From an uncultured Actinomycetota bacterium (GTDB lineage Bacteria; Actinomycetota; Thermoleophilia; Gaiellales; Gaiellaceae): a stretch of DNA of 64,000 bases. The notes beneath the pieces are model-generated. The model was given only the letters and a program-made list of their open reading frames with translations. It was not told the DNA's origin and did no database searches. Where the stretch lies: positions 34,141-98,140 of the forward strand of contig CAVXKB010000013.1 of NCBI GenBank assembly GCA_963762215.1, written 5' to 3'. Made by a program: the position numbers and the translations under genes. How positions within the stretch are numbered: position 1 is the first letter of the stretch; each line of letters starts with the position of its first letter. Positions 62,508 through 64,000 of this stretch are shown one piece after another.

Positions 62508-63560
62508 ATGAGCTTCGAAGACGACGCCCGGAAATTCGACCGGGCCGCAATGATCCGCCGCGGCGTGGCCGGCGGCGCCGCGCTTGCGGGCCTCAACCTG
62601 ATGCCGGGCCTCGCCCGCGCAGCAAGCACGCACAGCACCGGGGGCACGCTGAATCTCATCGCGTACTCGACACCGAAGCCCGTGATGGCGAAGATCATCT
62701 CCGACTTCCAGGCGACGCCGCAGGGCTCCGGCGTGAACTTCACGCAGTCGTATGGCCCCTCGACGAGCCAGGCCAAGGCTGTCATCGCGGGTCAGCCCGC
62801 CGACATCGTCTTCCTCTCCGCCGGCGACGACGTCAACCTGCTCGTCGACGCCGGGCTCGTCGACGCGAAGTGGGATCACCAGGGCTACAACGGGATCGCC
62901 GCCGACACGGTCGTCGTCTTCGCCCTTCGGGACGGGAACCCGAAGAAGATCAAGGGCTGGGACGACCTGGTCAAGCCGGGCGTGCAGATCGTGACGCCGA
63001 ACCCGTTCAGCTCCGGATCGGCGAAGTGGAACATCCTCGCCGCCTACGGAGCACAGCGCCACCTCGGGAAGACCGATGCGCAGGCGCAGGCCTACGTCGC
63101 CAAGCTGTTCAAGAACGTCGTCGCGCAGGACACGTCGGGCTCGAACGCGACCAACACGTTCCTCTCCGGCAAGGGCGACGTCCTGATCACCTACGAGAGC
63201 GAGGCGATCAACGCCCGCCTCAAGGGCCAGAACATCCAGTACATCATCCCGCGGCAGACGATGCTGATCGAGCTCCCGATCGCGGTGCTCAAGAACAGCC
63301 CCAACAAGGACCTCGCGAACAAGTTCATCCAGTTCACGCGCTCGAACAGCGAGCAGCAGGTCTTCGGCCAGAACGGCTTCCGGCCGGTCGTCCCGGCTGT
63401 CGCCAAGGAGTTCAAGCAGTATCCGATCCGGCCGGGCCAGTTCACGGTCAACGACAAGACGATCGGCGGCTGGCGTGCGGCCGACGCGAAGTGGTTCGAT
63501 CCGAACAAGGGCCTGATGGTCAAGATCGAAGGCGCTGTCGGAGGGCCCACCTCTGGCTAG
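62508..63560 (+). CDS. Sulfate/thiosulfate ABC transporter substrate-binding protein with Tat-type signal
   Basis: AGGAGAAGGGG RBS. MIRRGVAGGAALAGL signal. LNLIAYSTPKPV...FTQSYGPSTSQAKAVIAGQPADIVFLS...VTPNPFSSGSAKWNILAAYGA is typical of Sbp/CysP. Confidence 0.85.
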   Translation: MSFEDDARKFDRAAMIRRGVAGGAALAGLNLMPGLARAASTHSTGGTLNLIAYSTPKPVMAKIISDFQATPQGSGVNFTQSYGPSTSQAKAVIAGQPADIVFLSAGDDVNLLVDAGLVDAKWDHQGYNGIAADTVVVFALRDGNPKKIKGWDDLVKPGVQIVTPNPFSSGSAKWNILAAYGAQRHLGKTDAQAQAYVAKLFKNVVAQDTSGSNATNTFLSGKGDVLITYESEAINARLKGQNIQYIIPRQTMLIELPIAVLKNSPNKDLANKFIQFTRSNSEQQVFGQNGFRPVVPAVAKEFKQYPIRPGQFTVNDKTIGGWRAADAKWFDPNKGLMVKIEGAVGGPTSG

Positions 63561-64000
63561 CGTCGCGGAAGCCTCGCGCCCGCCGCGAGGCCGCGCAACC
63601 CGCATCACGAGCGGGAGGGTCGCCTCGGCCCTCCCGCTCGGCTTTGTGGCCACCTATCTCGGGGTGGTCGTCGTTCTTCCGCTCGCGGCGCTGATCGCGT
63701 CGTCGACCCACGGCGGCTGGTCCGGCTTCTGGGACACCGTGACGACGACCGAGTCGCTCGACGCGCTGAAGCTGACCCTCTCGCTCGCCGCCGTCGCTGC
63801 GCTGATCAACGCCGTGGTGGGGACGATGATCGCGTGGGTGCTCGTCCGCGACGACTTCCGCGGCAAGTCGCTCGTGAACAGCGTGATCGACCTGCCGTTC
63901 GCGCTGCCGACAATCGTTGCGGGCCTCGTGCTGCTCGCGCTCTACGGGCCGAAGTCGCCGGTCGGCGTCCATCTCGCCTTCACCAGGACGGCGATCCTCT
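63553..64000 (+). CDS. cysT: Sulfate ABC transporter permease CysT-like (3' end outside the window; start uncertain)
   Basis: Frame 1 reads ...ALPLGFVATYLGVVVVLPLAALIASST...LKLTLSLAAVAALINAVVGTMIAWVLVRDDFRGKSLVNSVIDLPFALPTIVAGLVLLALYGP. The only in-frame starts are CTG 63553 (8-nt overlap with the SBP gene) or GTG 63646 (inside TM1). Confidence 0.75.
   Translation, partial: MASVAEASRPPRGRATRITSGRVASALPLGFVATYLGVVVVLPLAALIASSTHGGWSGFWDTVTTTESLDALKLTLSLAAVAALINAVVGTMIAWVLVRDDFRGKSLVNSVIDLPFALPTIVAGLVLLALYGPKSPVGVHLAFTRTAIL

Overview
This is a very GC-rich bacterial chromosomal segment; third codon positions are almost all G/C. Gene content and style look like Actinomycetota (Thermoleophilia/Solirubrobacterales-like), but that cannot be proven from this window. 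I support about 65 protein genes, one tRNA-Ala(UGC), three strong hairpin terminators, two paralogous promoter regions and a few short repeats. I saw no rRNA, CRISPR array, transposase or integrase.

Layout:
- 0-9.7 kb: housekeeping genes (GT4/PHP, UDG-like, RumA-type methyltransferase, GNAT, YjbQ, M3-like peptidase, GT87-like).
- 10-16 kb: a blue-copper protein and a six-gene MoxR-DUF58-VWA (Bat-like) operon.
- 16-33 kb: 19 consecutive exported-protein genes. They include two PQQ dehydrogenases, a PQQ-like propeller lipoprotein, a c-type cytochrome, cupredoxins, an IPT/TIG protein and several paralogous families of unknown function.
- 33-37 kb: an Fe(III)-type ABC transporter.
- 37-47.8 kb: two IorAB-type molybdenum hydroxylase operons interleaved with a family of tandem cupredoxin-like secreted proteins.
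- 47.9-51.4 kb: a tightly coupled operon with a small TM peptide, split YedE/YeeE, a NifS-like desulfurase, DUF3343 and a BNR propeller. This is my best candidate for an undescribed system: chalcogen (S/Se) delivery to exported Mo enzymes.
- 51.5-64 kb: a YVTN propeller, an adenylate cyclase-STAND protein, a cNMP-binding protein, DUF1345, PfkA, MarR and the start of a sulfate ABC transporter.

About ten apparent 1-nt frame breaks occur, half of them within 40.0-45.2 kb. All function calls come from reading motifs by eye. No database search or computation was run.
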